The notes under the pieces: generated by a model
The model's database searches: none
Told to the model about the DNA's origin: nothing
Seen by the model: only the letters and a program-made list of their open reading frames with translations
Made by a program: the position numbers and the translations under genes
From: Legionellales bacterium
GTDB lineage: Bacteria; Pseudomonadota; Gammaproteobacteria; M30B25
Assembly (NCBI GenBank): GCA_047404175.1
Contig: JBDOIW010000036.1
Location: forward strand, 4,351 to 68,350
Length of the DNA stretch: 64,000 bases
Reading direction: 5' to 3'
In this document: piece by piece, positions 29,707 through 39,993 of the stretch
How the letters are laid out: every line of letters starts with the position of its first letter
Position numbering within the stretch: the stretch's first letter is position 1

Positions 29707-30597
29707 TTAACTAATCGAACTTGTGATTGAGAGTGATGAAATACATTCAAGCGTTTGTTCGATCATACCCAAAATAGCTTTTTCAGGTTGTCGACTAAAT
29801 TCGCCAGTCGCTCTGTTGGCTAAGACGGTATTAATGGAGATTGCCCGGTGCTGTAAACACTCTGCGAGTAATAGAATGCCTGCTGTTTCCATCTCAAAGT
29901 TAGAAACAAGTTGTTGCTCTTCAGCAATGGTGTTGGCAGTACTCAAGAGGTGAGGATGTTTGGGTGCGATGCGTAGGCGACGTCCTTGTGGTCCGTAAAA
30001 GCCAGGCCATGTGAAGGTCATGGATGGTTTACAAAATCGTGCAACTTGTTGGTGTAATGACTGATTAGATTGAGCAAGATAGAAGGGGAGGTCCAGTCCA
30101 TTTGTTGTTAGTTCATTTTGGATTGCTTTTTGAACTTCTGCTAGGTGTGTCTTATTGTCATAATAATGACCCAATGTATCAAAACCACAAGCAATCTGGC
30201 TTGAAAGATAGGAGTCAACCAAGGTGCTTGCAGCTCCAACACCTGTTGTTCCCATACGTATGATATTGAGAATGGTGTGTTTATCCAACGTTTCGCCAGT
30301 GTGCAAGTTAATATTGACGAGTGCATCTAGTTCATTGAGTGCAATATCAATATTGTCAGTGCCCATACCTGTAGACATAACAGTGACACGCATAGACCCA
30401 AGCATGCCTGTGTGTGTATTAAACTCCCTTCGTTGTTTTTTAAGTTCTATAGAATCAAAGTATTGGGACACGACTGGGACACGATCGGGATCACCTACAA
30501 GAAAGACGACATCACCTAAATCCTCTGGTCGAAGTCCTAAATGATAAATAGAACCATCTTGGTTGATAATAAGCTCGGCAGTATTGGGCTTGGTCAT
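29707..30597 (-). CDS. Uridine/nucleoside phosphorylase (PNP_UDP_1)
   Basis: YHL.LRP, VGDPDRV, REF, STGMG, IIRMGT, FYGPQGR, NFEMET. Confidence 0.9.
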   Translation of the reverse strand: MTKPNTAELIINQDGSIYHLGLRPEDLGDVVFLVGDPDRVPVVSQYFDSIELKKQRREFNTHTGMLGSMRVTVMSTGMGTDNIDIALNELDALVNINLHTGETLDKHTILNIIRMGTTGVGAASTLVDSYLSSQIACGFDTLGHYYDNKTHLAEVQKAIQNELTTNGLDLPFYLAQSNQSLHQQVARFCKPSMTFTWPGFYGPQGRRLRIAPKHPHLLSTANTIAEEQQLVSNFEMETAGILLLAECLQHRAISINTVLANRATGEFSRQPEKAILGMIEQTLECISSLSITSSIS

Positions 30598-30745
30598 AAA
30601 TAATCCCTGAGAATAAAAGATGATTATGGCAAATTCGTCAACTTAATTTCAAGGGAATATGCCCAGGTTTTTTTGCATAGGGGTACAGATGTTGGTAGTT
30701 AAATGATTTTATGAAGTTTTTATTTTTATTAATGGCGCTGTCTAC

Positions 30746-30774
30746 TTGAGATCTTTCATAACTCTGGTTAAAAT
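30746..30774 (+). promoter_or_regulatory. Putative sigma70 promoter
   Basis: TTGAGA-17 bp-TAAAAT upstream of the oxygenase gene. Confidence 0.55.
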
Positions 30775-30797
30775 ACATCTACTTTGATTATAGGACT

Positions 30798-31655
30798 ATG
30801 TGTATGACAGACTTCCAGATTTTATCAGTTGATTTTAATGCCAGTGATGCGGCTCAGCTCTTCGCTACATCGCTAAAGAATACTGGGTTTGCACTTATTG
30901 AAAATGCACCTTTGCAACAGTCAGTGATTGATGAAGCTTATCGTGCTTGGGGTGAATATTTTCACTCAGAGGCCAAAAGTGAATTTCTCTATAGTGACGA
31001 AACAAGAGATGGATACATTTCAACGGCACGTTCTGAAACTGCTAAAGGTAAGACGACAAAAGATCTAAAAGAGTTTTATCATTATTACCAGTGGGGGCGT
31101 TGTCCTGAGCAACTTAAGGTCTTGACCGAAGCACTTTATCAGCAGATGAATGCTTTTGCTGAAACACTTTTAGCGTGGGTAGAGCAAGAGATGCCTGAAA
31201 ATTTGCGCAAGGCACTGTCTGAGCCACTTAGTCAAATGGTGAAAGATAGCCCTATGACCTTACTTCGTTTTATTCACTATCCCCCTCTTACCGGTGACGA
31301 AGACCCAGACGCAGTAAGAGCGGCTGCACATGAAGATATTAATCTTATTACTATTCTTCCTGCGGCAACTGCGGACGGCTTGCAAGTGCAAACCATGGAT
31401 GGAGATTGGGTTGACGTTGATTGCAATCAAGATCGAATTGTTATTAACACAGGTGATATGCTTTCAGAGTGCACAGAGGGTTACTATCGAGCCACTCCTC
31501 ATCGTGTCATTAACCCCACAGGTGATGCAGCCAAAGAATCTCGACTGTCTATGCCCTTATTTTTACATCCCAGAGAGGACGTCCAGTTGTCAGATCGTCA
31601 CACTGCTAAAAGTTACCTTGCTGAACGATTACGTGAGCTCGGACTTGGAGAGTAA
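30798..31655 (+). CDS. 2OG-Fe(II) oxygenase, isopenicillin N synthase family
   Basis: HED...H iron triad (AAAHEDINLIT, ATPHRV) and RLS cosubstrate motif. Confidence 0.93.
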   Translation: MCMTDFQILSVDFNASDAAQLFATSLKNTGFALIENAPLQQSVIDEAYRAWGEYFHSEAKSEFLYSDETRDGYISTARSETAKGKTTKDLKEFYHYYQWGRCPEQLKVLTEALYQQMNAFAETLLAWVEQEMPENLRKALSEPLSQMVKDSPMTLLRFIHYPPLTGDEDPDAVRAAAHEDINLITILPAATADGLQVQTMDGDWVDVDCNQDRIVINTGDMLSECTEGYYRATPHRVINPTGDAAKESRLSMPLFLHPREDVQLSDRHTAKSYLAERLRELGLGE

Positions 31656-31749
31656 TCGAATAAAGTCCGAAGAGGAAGAAGTACTTCTTCACAAAGACGC
31701 TGATGTTTACTATGGTAGTCAATCGTATCACTTGCTGTTTTTATGTGTA

Positions 31750-32061
31750 ATGACTATGCTTGGTCCAGGTCTTTTGATGGCAGGTGTGGTGTGTTGGCAC
31801 AGTACAAGTTTGTCTTTGTCCTCATGGGGAATATGGATGTCATTGGTGGGACTTGGTGACAGTGTGGTTTTATCAATTTTTATTTGTGCTAACCGTTCCT
31901 ACTTCTTTTCAGAAAATGGTCAAGCTCGTTCTATTGATACGCAAGACATTAGAAGTATCACCGTACCTACTGCAATCTTACTTTCCTCTGGTCATTCACA
32001 GAGGCCGTTGGATCATCAGCTCAGTGGTGCTTCCAATGATTCCTCACTTAACTTAAAGTAA
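31750..32061 (+). CDS. Possible small two-TM hypothetical protein (start uncertain)
   Basis: 3' part of ORF 31330-32061 that does not overlap the oxygenase; two hydrophobic segments. Confidence 0.35.
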   Translation: MTMLGPGLLMAGVVCWHSTSLSLSSWGIWMSLVGLGDSVVLSIFICANRSYFFSENGQARSIDTQDIRSITVPTAILLSSGHSQRPLDHQLSGASNDSSLNLK

Positions 32062-32145
32062 CCTTCAGTCTTAATGAGATGCTCATAACCCTTGACTGAT
32101 TTTAGTAAATGTAAGAGGCCTCCTCACTAGATTTGGCTGTGATTC

Positions 32146-33633
32146 TTACATGCCCATTGCTTGTCGTATTTCAGCTTCTAATTGAGCCTGCTGTGTGTCA
32201 AAAGTGCTTAAACCTTGAGTGAAATAACTCATAACTTCCTGAATAGCGCTCAAGAAGTCCTGATTTTCAGACTCAATGCTCTGTTTGATGATTTTCAAGG
32301 TTTCATAAGTGCTTGCTAAGTGTTTTTGGTTAATCCAGCGTACAAAGCCAGTGTCTGGATTAACTACCATATCATGACTTCTAGTGTTTATGATGAGTGG
32401 TAATAATAAATCATTCCTGATGGCAGGGTGCTTTGAAAGCTTAATAATGCTCTCTCGATGTCGATCTTCTGTTGTCGGGTTCATGACATCATGAAGTAGA
32501 TAGAAAAAGCCTGATATATCTTTGTCTGATAAAGAAACGGAGGCTTGTTGAGCGGATGCTCCTGATAGCTCTGATGCTACATCTGCGCAGCTTTCATGTG
32601 CCTGTGTAAAAGGGGTTGGGGTAAGTAGCTTTTCTTCAATGATTGTTTGTAGTTGTGCACTAAGCTTGATACCAGAAGATAAGAGTATACCCATAAGATT
32701 TGGGTCAGATTGTTCAAGCCACTGTATCCAGGGGTGAGTGTGTGCATGATGTTGATGTAATCTTGTATCCTTAATGGCACCGAACCAATAAGTAGTAAAT
32801 TGTTCGGCTAGCTTAGAGGTATTGGATTCAGTTTCTTGGCAAATGCTTTTAAGGCTTGTAAGAATTGCTGTTTTTACGGCCTTGCTCTGTTCAATGTAAT
32901 CTGAGATTGAGTCTGAAAAATCATTATTTAGACTTTTGTTTAATGCGGGTATCTGACGTTGTTTGAGATAGGATTGAATCAGTTGAGTTAGGATGTTTTG
33001 TCGGAAGTAACCTGTTTCATTAAGATTGTTAGCATTGAATCCTTTAAAAGCATGGCTGATAGGCAGAAAACCAAGGGCTTTCGTGCCTAGTTGTTCAGGG
33101 TTAGCCTCATTGATCAATGTTAGTATGGCTTTTTGTTGAGTGCTTGATAGTTCACTCTTAAGTAGTTTTACTTGCTTCATGTCTAATAGGCCAAATCCAT
33201 CATCATGCGAGAGGGTTGTAATTGGATTAGATGCGATGTGCTTATGCGAAATATAAGCAAGTAGTAGTCCTAAAGCGGGTTCGTGGTATTTGATAAGCTC
33301 TTGTATTTCTTCCATGCGCTCATGTTGAAATAAATGCTCAATTAATGATAGTCCTTCTTTGTCACGAAATAAGGCAATCAGTCCCCGATGAGGAGGGTTT
33401 TGACGTAATTGCTCTATGAGCATGGCATGCTTTTCATAAAAGTTAGCAATGGGATTTTTTTGTTGAGATACCACTTTTGTTAGATCAGAGAGTACACTCC
33501 AAGCACTTACTTTGGTTGGTAGGGGTGGAAAAAGTTCTCGGTACAGCGCATTAACAGTTTCTGTAACACCTGTTAGTATTTTTTTAGTGGTGGGATTTAA
33601 ACTTACGGTTTTATCTAATTCTAGCATTATCAT
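32146..33633 (-). CDS. Hypothetical alpha-helical protein
   Basis: 495-aa ORF, no recognised family. Confidence 0.75.
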   Translation of the reverse strand: MIMLELDKTVSLNPTTKKILTGVTETVNALYRELFPPLPTKVSAWSVLSDLTKVVSQQKNPIANFYEKHAMLIEQLRQNPPHRGLIALFRDKEGLSLIEHLFQHERMEEIQELIKYHEPALGLLLAYISHKHIASNPITTLSHDDGFGLLDMKQVKLLKSELSSTQQKAILTLINEANPEQLGTKALGFLPISHAFKGFNANNLNETGYFRQNILTQLIQSYLKQRQIPALNKSLNNDFSDSISDYIEQSKAVKTAILTSLKSICQETESNTSKLAEQFTTYWFGAIKDTRLHQHHAHTHPWIQWLEQSDPNLMGILLSSGIKLSAQLQTIIEEKLLTPTPFTQAHESCADVASELSGASAQQASVSLSDKDISGFFYLLHDVMNPTTEDRHRESIIKLSKHPAIRNDLLLPLIINTRSHDMVVNPDTGFVRWINQKHLASTYETLKIIKQSIESENQDFLSAIQEVMSYFTQGLSTFDTQQAQLEAEIRQAMGM

Positions 33634-33766
33634 ACATCTCTATTAGTATTCTATTGTATCTGAATTGAATATAATCTACATATCCTATAATAACTGTAGA
33701 AATCAATAAGATTAATTGTAGTGAACAAAGCTTAATAATTTGTTAAAATAAACATAATAATTGGCA

Positions 33767-33814
33767 CAAAAGTGCAAAAGTGCAAAAGTGCAAAAGTGTA
33801 GGAGTGTAGGTTTG
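33767..33814 (+). repeat. 8-bp tandem repeat (CAAAAGTG)x4 plus two degenerate units at the hemF leader
   Basis: CAAAAGTG x4, TAGGAGTG, TAGGTTTG. Confidence 0.9.
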
Positions 33815-34714
33815 TTTGAGCAGGTTGAAAAGTGGTTGAAGCAACAGCAAAATGATTTAATTACTATGCTTGAGGCATTTGAGCCCAAAGCACGCTTTTT
33901 TCGTGATGAGTGGCAGTATCAAGATCACGGCGGTGGGATTACTTGTGTCCTTGAGTCAGGTGAATTATTCGATCGAGCGGGTGTTAACTTTTCATCCATA
34001 AGGGGCTCAAAGCTTCCCGTCTCAGCCACCGAGAAACGTCCAGATCTTGAAGGGTTGCCTTTCACAGCCATGGGCATTTCAATTGTGGTTCACCCTCGTA
34101 ATCCTTTTGTTCCTACTTGCCACGCAAACTTTCGTTTGATAGCGGTCGACCATCCAGAGCAGCCTGTTTGGTGGTTTGGCGGGGGCTTTGATCTCACGCC
34201 TTATTATGGTTTCGACGAGGACTGCCGTTTGTGGCACCAAACAGCAAAGCAAGCCTGTGATTTACTAGGCCCAGAATATCATGCACAATTTAAGAAGCAG
34301 TGTGATGATTATTTTTACTTGCCGCATCGCAATGAACCGAGAGGAATTGGCGGGATTTTCTTTGATGATCTTAATGAGGGTGGGTTTGAGCATTGTTTTG
34401 CCTTTATGCAGCAAGCAGCTAGTGGTTTTACAAAAACCTATCAACGTATTGTGGTCAAGCGTCATGAGCACCCCTATGCAGAGAGTCATCTTGATTTTAT
34501 GCGATATCGTCGTGGCCGCTATGTTGAGTTTAACTTACTTTATGATAGAGGAACATTATTTGGCATTCAGTCAAGGGGACGTACTGAGTCAATTTTGATG
34601 TCAATGCCAGCCAGGGTTCATTGGCGCTATGACTGGAAGCCAGAAGAGGGGAGTGAAGAAGAGCGTTTGTACAAAGTGTTTCTCAAACCTCGTGATTGGT
34701 TAAAAGAGAAGTGA
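33812..34714 (+). CDS. hemF: Oxygen-dependent coproporphyrinogen III oxidase
   Basis: HPRNPFVPTCHAN, WWFGGGFDLTP, RGIGGIFFDD, RGRYVEFNL; TTG start after AGGAG. Confidence 0.98.
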   Translation: MFEQVEKWLKQQQNDLITMLEAFEPKARFFRDEWQYQDHGGGITCVLESGELFDRAGVNFSSIRGSKLPVSATEKRPDLEGLPFTAMGISIVVHPRNPFVPTCHANFRLIAVDHPEQPVWWFGGGFDLTPYYGFDEDCRLWHQTAKQACDLLGPEYHAQFKKQCDDYFYLPHRNEPRGIGGIFFDDLNEGGFEHCFAFMQQAASGFTKTYQRIVVKRHEHPYAESHLDFMRYRRGRYVEFNLLYDRGTLFGIQSRGRTESILMSMPARVHWRYDWKPEEGSEEERLYKVFLKPRDWLKEK

Positions 34715-34917
34715 TTAGACGCTGGTGTTGTCATACGCTTTTCTTTGATTATGGTAGACTTTAATTATCGTCTATGTGTAGGTTAGAGATTTGTATCTTA
34801 AGCTGTGTGTAAGGGGGCTTAAGTAGCTTCTTGCTTTTAATTAACATGAAATAATCATTGAAAAAAAGCTAGCAAATGCTTACTCTTAAGAAGTTAGGTT
34901 AATCAAAAGGCAATTGT

Positions 34918-36081
34918 ATGAATTTACATGAATATCAAGCAAAAGAATTATTCGAGCAGTATAGCTTGCCAGTCCCTCGTGGAGAGGTTGCAGCTTCTGT
35001 GGAAGAAGCTGTGCAAGTATGGGACCAGCTCGGCACTTCAGAGGTCGTCGTTAAAGCTCAAGTACATGCTGGAGGGCGTGGTAAAGCAGGTGGTGTCAAG
35101 CTTGTGGATAATAAAGAAGATTTCAAAACCTATGTCAAAAGCCTTTTAGGCACGCGGCTAGTTACGTTTCAGACCGATGAGCACGGACAGCCTGTGAACC
35201 AAGTACTAGTAGCCGAACCATCTACTATCGCCAAAGAGCTGTACCTCAGTCTTGTTGTGGATCGTGCTCAGCAGCGTATCGTTGTGATGGCATCAACTGA
35301 AGGTGGCGTTGATATTGAAGCGGTTGCTGAAAAAACACCTGAGAAAATTTTGCGTGCAAGCATTGATCCCCTTGTTGGAGTAATGCCTTACCAATGTCGT
35401 GAGCTTGGTTTCCAGCTGGGTTTTGACAAAAACCAAATCAAAATGTTTACGCATATTTTGACACAGTTAGGCAAGCTCTTTGTTGAGCAAGACCTTAGCC
35501 AAGCAGAAATTAACCCGCTTATCATCACGGAAGAGGGCGATCTTGTTTGTCTTGACGCTAAAGTCAATATTGATCCCAATGCACTCTTTCGCCAAAAAGC
35601 CATGCGCGAGATGCGTGATTTAACGCAAGAAGATGAAAAAGAAAATAGAGCTTCTCAGTCTGAGTTAAATTATATTGCCCTTGATGGTGATATTGGTTGT
35701 ATGGTGAATGGTGCTGGCCTTGCGATGGCAACGATGGACCTTATCAAGCTCAAAGGCGGTAGCCCTGCCAATTTCCTTGATGTTGGAGGAGGAGCAACTA
35801 AAGAGCGAGTGACAGAAGCTTTTAAGATTATTTTATCAGATAAAAATGTTAAAGCTATCCTCGTGAATATTTTTGGTGGTATTGTCCGTTGTGATATTAT
35901 TGCCGATGGTATAATTGGTGCGGTCGAGGAAGTGGGTATTGAGATTCCTGTCGTTGTTCGACTAGAAGGAAATAATGCTGATTTGGGAGCTGAAAAACTT
36001 GAAAAAAGTGGTCTCAATATCATTGCAGCGAAAGGCTTTACTGAAGCTGCCGAAAAAGTTGTTGCGTGTGTAGGAGTGTAA
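34918..36081 (+). CDS. sucC: Succinyl-CoA ligase beta subunit
   Basis: [34 protein letters not shown]. Confidence 0.99.
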   Translation: MNLHEYQAKELFEQYSLPVPRGEVAASVEEAVQVWDQLGTSEVVVKAQVHAGGRGKAGGVKLVDNKEDFKTYVKSLLGTRLVTFQTDEHGQPVNQVLVAEPSTIAKELYLSLVVDRAQQRIVVMASTEGGVDIEAVAEKTPEKILRASIDPLVGVMPYQCRELGFQLGFDKNQIKMFTHILTQLGKLFVEQDLSQAEINPLIITEEGDLVCLDAKVNIDPNALFRQKAMREMRDLTQEDEKENRASQSELNYIALDGDIGCMVNGAGLAMATMDLIKLKGGSPANFLDVGGGATKERVTEAFKIILSDKNVKAILVNIFGGIVRCDIIADGIIGAVEEVGIEIPVVVRLEGNNADLGAEKLEKSGLNIIAAKGFTEAAEKVVACVGV

Positions 36082-36083
36082 AA

Positions 36084-36959
36084 ATGACAATGCTAATATC
36101 AAAAGAAACAAAAGTGATTTGCCAGGGATTTACTGGTCAACAAGGTACTTTGCATTCTGAGCAAGCGATTGCTTATGGTACAAAAATGGTAGGGGGTGTC
36201 ACGCCTGGTAAAGGTGGACAGACGCATCTTGAGCTACCTGTGTTCAATACAGTCCAAGAAGCGGTGGATGAAACTGGAGCTGATGCTAGTGTGATTTACG
36301 TTCCTGCTGCTTTTTGTAAAGATTCAATCATTGAAGCTGCAGAAGCGGGTGTTAAGCTAGTGGTGTGTATCACAGAAGGCATTCCTGTGCTTGATATGCT
36401 CGAAGTTAAAATGATTGTAGATAGCCTTGGGGTTCGCTTGATTGGCCCAAACTGCCCAGGTGTTATTACTCCTGATGCTTGTAAAATTGGCATTATGCCA
36501 GGCTATATCCATCAAGCAGGAAAGGTTGGGATTGTTTCTCGATCAGGAACACTGACCTACGAGGCGGTTCACCAAACTTCAGCACTCGGTTTTGGCCAGA
36601 GTACTTGTGTGGGCATTGGAGGAGATCCTATTCCTGGTACTTCATTCATTGACGTTCTAGCTGAGTTTGAACAAGATCCACGTACTGAGGCCATTGTTAT
36701 GGTGGGTGAGATCGGTGGTACTGCTGAAGAAGAAGCTGCTGAGTTTGTTAAGCATAATGTCACAAAGCCTGTAGTCTCTTATATCGCAGGTGTAACTGCA
36801 CCTCCAGGCAAGCGTATGGGACATGCTGGTGCTATTATTGCAGGCGGTAAAGGGACTGCCAGTGAGAAATACGCTGCACTTGAAAAAGCTGGCGTTCACA
36901 CAGTTAAGTCACCTGCCGATATAGGTAAAGCAGTGGCGGAAGCTACTGGCTGGTCATAA
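36084..36959 (+). CDS. sucD: Succinyl-CoA ligase alpha subunit
   Basis: QGFTG, GPNCPG, MGHAGA phospho-His motif. Confidence 0.99.
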   Translation: MTMLISKETKVICQGFTGQQGTLHSEQAIAYGTKMVGGVTPGKGGQTHLELPVFNTVQEAVDETGADASVIYVPAAFCKDSIIEAAEAGVKLVVCITEGIPVLDMLEVKMIVDSLGVRLIGPNCPGVITPDACKIGIMPGYIHQAGKVGIVSRSGTLTYEAVHQTSALGFGQSTCVGIGGDPIPGTSFIDVLAEFEQDPRTEAIVMVGEIGGTAEEEAAEFVKHNVTKPVVSYIAGVTAPPGKRMGHAGAIIAGGKGTASEKYAALEKAGVHTVKSPADIGKAVAEATGWS

Positions 36960-37076
36960 AGGCTTAAGCGCTATGCTACCAGACTTCTGTTTAGCGGCTC
37001 ATCTTCTTTGTTTGCAGTCTCTTTTGAAAGTTAAGAGAGTACGCATTTATCAAGGGTGAAAGAAAAGAGAGGGGTT

Positions 37077-37823
37077 GTGATTAAGCTCAGTGTCAATGTT
37101 AATAAAATCGCTTTGTTGAGAAATTCGCGCGAAACTTCTGTACCTTCTGTTGTTGAGTTTTCAAGGCTGGCATTAGAAGCTGGTGCGCACGGTATTACAG
37201 TGCATCCAAGGCCTGATTTACGTCATATTACTCCCGAAGATGTTTATCAGATTGCCGATCTGATGAAACAATATCCTGATGCTGAGTTTAATATTGAGGG
37301 TAATCCTTTTGAGCCGCCTAATGAAGCTTATCCGGGCTACCTTAAGCTTGTCTCAGATTGTCTGCCAGATCAAGCAACCTTGGTGCCCGATAGTACGAAC
37401 CAAAAAACTTCAGATCATGGTTGGAATTTTGATGCTGATGAACACCGCTTACGTCCTACCATAGAGGAGATTCATGTGTGTGGGGTGAGAAGTAGTGTGT
37501 TTGTTGATCCGCTGGAGGCTGCAATACAGGGAGCTAATCGGGTCGGTGCTAATCGTATTGAACTTTATACAGAATCCTATGCAAAAGCATGTGTGCAAGG
37601 TCAGGCTGAGCAGTCGTTTGATGGCTTCAATCATTGCGCTAAGCTTGCTCATTCGTTGGGCTTAGGTATTAATGCCGGCCATGATCTCAATCAGGATAAT
37701 TTATTATTGTTTGCGTCTTTGTCTTATCTTGAAGAGGTTTCAATTGGCCATGCACTTGTTGTTGATGCTCTCTACAGTGGCTTTGAGCAAACAGTCAAAG
37801 CTTATTTAGATGCTTTAATGTAG
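37077..37823 (+). CDS. pdxJ: Pyridoxine 5'-phosphate synthase
   Basis: LSVNVNKIALLRNSR, ITVHPRPD.RH, NAGHDL, EVSIGH. Confidence 0.97.
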   Translation: MIKLSVNVNKIALLRNSRETSVPSVVEFSRLALEAGAHGITVHPRPDLRHITPEDVYQIADLMKQYPDAEFNIEGNPFEPPNEAYPGYLKLVSDCLPDQATLVPDSTNQKTSDHGWNFDADEHRLRPTIEEIHVCGVRSSVFVDPLEAAIQGANRVGANRIELYTESYAKACVQGQAEQSFDGFNHCAKLAHSLGLGINAGHDLNQDNLLLFASLSYLEEVSIGHALVVDALYSGFEQTVKAYLDALM

Positions 37824-37840
37824 CTGTTATTTAGTCAAAA

Positions 37841-37861
37841 TATTATTATTATTATTATTAT
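37841..37861 (+). repeat. (TAT)7 microsatellite
   Basis: TATTATTATTATTATTATTAT upstream of ATG 37879. Confidence 0.85.
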
Positions 37862-37878
37862 TTTGGTCGGCGATACGT

Positions 37879-38945
37879 ATGGAATATGCGCACAATAAAG
37901 GTCAAAATTCCAGGCATCATGACTTTCAATATAAAGCCGATCAAACTGGTCTGATTGACTACTACTTCGCTGGTTTGCGTTGGCTTGTTCTTGCAATGCT
38001 GGTATTTACTGCTTTTGCTTTGGTGCATCTTTTGGGTGCGCCAACTACTCTGGTGGCTGTTGTGAATGCACTTTTTGCTGGTTTTTTTGTTTACGTGACT
38101 GCGATCACTTATGGTATTGTCAATGACATTCTTGCAACAAAAACACACCTCCCTTACTTTCTTTTGGGGCATCAGCCTGATCAACATTCACTTGTAAGAT
38201 CCAATAGTGAAATCGTTAATGCTAGTGTTTGGGGTATTGCTGCTGTACACCCTTTAGCACGGCTGGCTGCGATTGTTTTTACCATTGCCTATTCCATTGT
38301 CGGTGGACTAGGTCTCCCATTTCTTGGTTTTTTACTTCCTGCTATCCCTGTTTTAGCGCTATGTATCATCGCTTATGCCTCGAGCATTGCAAGAGCTGTT
38401 CTTGGCTCTAGTGAAAGATTTTCCCATGTTGTTTTACCGTTCAGCACTTATCAGAGGCAAGGGCGTGAGTATTTTATTAATCAGATCTATGAAAAAATAA
38501 GTCCATACCAAAGGATAGCCTTAATGCCGAGTATGATTGTGCATTTTGGTCAAACGGAGAAAGAAATATGATTGGCTTCATTTGGATGCCAATTTGTGCG
38601 GTAGTCTCTTTAATAACGTTGATGGTTTTATCTGCACACGCAGCCTCGATATTTCCAGCTTTGGGGTTAATGGTTAATATCGTGCCCGTATTGACTGTTG
38701 CAGGAGTCATGGGGGCTTTTTGCCTTGGAATGGGCTATTACTCATTTTGTAATAAAGATACTGAAGTTGATAACGACTATAAGCTTCCGGTAGATAAGGT
38801 GAATCCACAAGATTTTGAAAACGATGGTCGTTTAGGGCCAAGCCTTGGCTTAAATAATGACAGTCGAGGTTATGGTGTCTTAGATAATCAAGACGCAGAC
38901 GATTTAGGTGATTCTGCTAGTCTTCTTGAGGGATCACCTGTCTAG
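37879..38945 (+). pseudogene. Multi-TM hypothetical protein probably split by a 1-nt deletion in an A6 tract
   Basis: The frame of ORF 38568-38945 is open back to the A-run at 38492-38497; adding one A fuses it to ORF 37879. Confidence 0.6.
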
Positions 38946-39531
38946 AGAGTAGGGCACGGCTAAGCGTATTGCCATCAATATACTCAAGTTCACTCCCCAT
39001 TGGAACGCCATGGGCTATGCGTGAAATCGTGCAGGGATGAATATCTTGGAGGGCCTGAGCAAGATATTGTGCAGTGGTTTCGCCTTCGACCGTTGGGTTG
39101 GTCGCAAGTATGACTTCAGATGGTTGGAGTTGCTTGAATAACTCCAGTAGCTTTGGGATGCCAATTTGCTCGGGACCAATACCATCTAGAGGGGATAAAT
39201 GGCCTTTGAGAACAAAGTAACGGCCTTTGTATTGACAGGTTTGCTCAATAGCGTAAACATCTTGTTGGTTTTCAACCACACACAAGAGATCATCTTGACG
39301 TTTTTCATCGAGGCAGATTGGGCATAATGCTTGGTCGGTAAGCATCTGACAGCGATTGCATTCCACGACAACATCAAGTGCGTGATCAATTGCCTCAGCA
39401 AGTAGTTTGGCGTTGTTCTTGCCTTTATTGAGTAAATGCAGTGCGAGTCGTTGAGCACTTTTAGGTCCTACGGAGGGTAGTGTTTTAAGTGATTGAATTA
39501 GCGCGTCGATGGCGGGGCTAAATTCACTCAT
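38917..39531 (-). CDS. recR: Recombination protein RecR
   Basis: LPSVGPKSAQR, C4 zinc finger, EVILATNPTVEGE Toprim motif. Confidence 0.98.
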   Translation of the reverse strand: MSEFSPAIDALIQSLKTLPSVGPKSAQRLALHLLNKGKNNAKLLAEAIDHALDVVVECNRCQMLTDQALCPICLDEKRQDDLLCVVENQQDVYAIEQTCQYKGRYFVLKGHLSPLDGIGPEQIGIPKLLELFKQLQPSEVILATNPTVEGETTAQYLAQALQDIHPCTISRIAHGVPMGSELEYIDGNTLSRALLSRQVIPQED

Positions 39532-39869
39532 TCTGCAGGCTTATCTTGTTTGGATAAGTCAACTTGTGAGGCTAATTCAACCATGTTGGATTTTGCTGCG
39601 ACTTCAATTTTGCTAACGGCATCATTGTATGCTGCTGCAGATAAATCACTAAGTAAATGATGGAGGGCATCATCATCACGATTATCTTTTAAAAGCTTAG
39701 GGTCGATATTAACTGATTTAACTCGGAAGTTGCCAAGCATAGTCACTTTGACCATGCCAGCGCCTGCTTCACCCTCAAATTCTTCACTGTTAAGTTTTTG
39801 ATGCGCTTTTTTAAGATTTTCTTCTAGGTCTTTGCTAGCTTTTTGAATAGCTTCCCAGTTCAGTGACAT
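39528..39869 (-). CDS. ybaB: YbaB/EbfC nucleoid-associated protein
   Basis: EGEAGAGMVKVT, LSDL.AAAYNDA; lies between dnaX and recR. Confidence 0.93.
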   Translation of the reverse strand: MSLNWEAIQKASKDLEENLKKAHQKLNSEEFEGEAGAGMVKVTMLGNFRVKSVNIDPKLLKDNRDDDALHHLLSDLSAAAYNDAVSKIEVAAKSNMVELASQVDLSKQDKPAE

Positions 39870-39993
39870 AATGATTCCTCAGTAATACTTTATTTACTAG
39901 TGTACCGTAAAAAAACCAGTTCTGGTAGTGCCTGAATCGAATTTTGCGATGGATTTTTCTTTTGTTTATCGGTGAGCTAGGCAGATTATATGA

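Noticed and set aside
31330-31655. 5' part of the 243-aa ORF
   Set aside because: Off-frame overlap with the well-supported oxygenase gene
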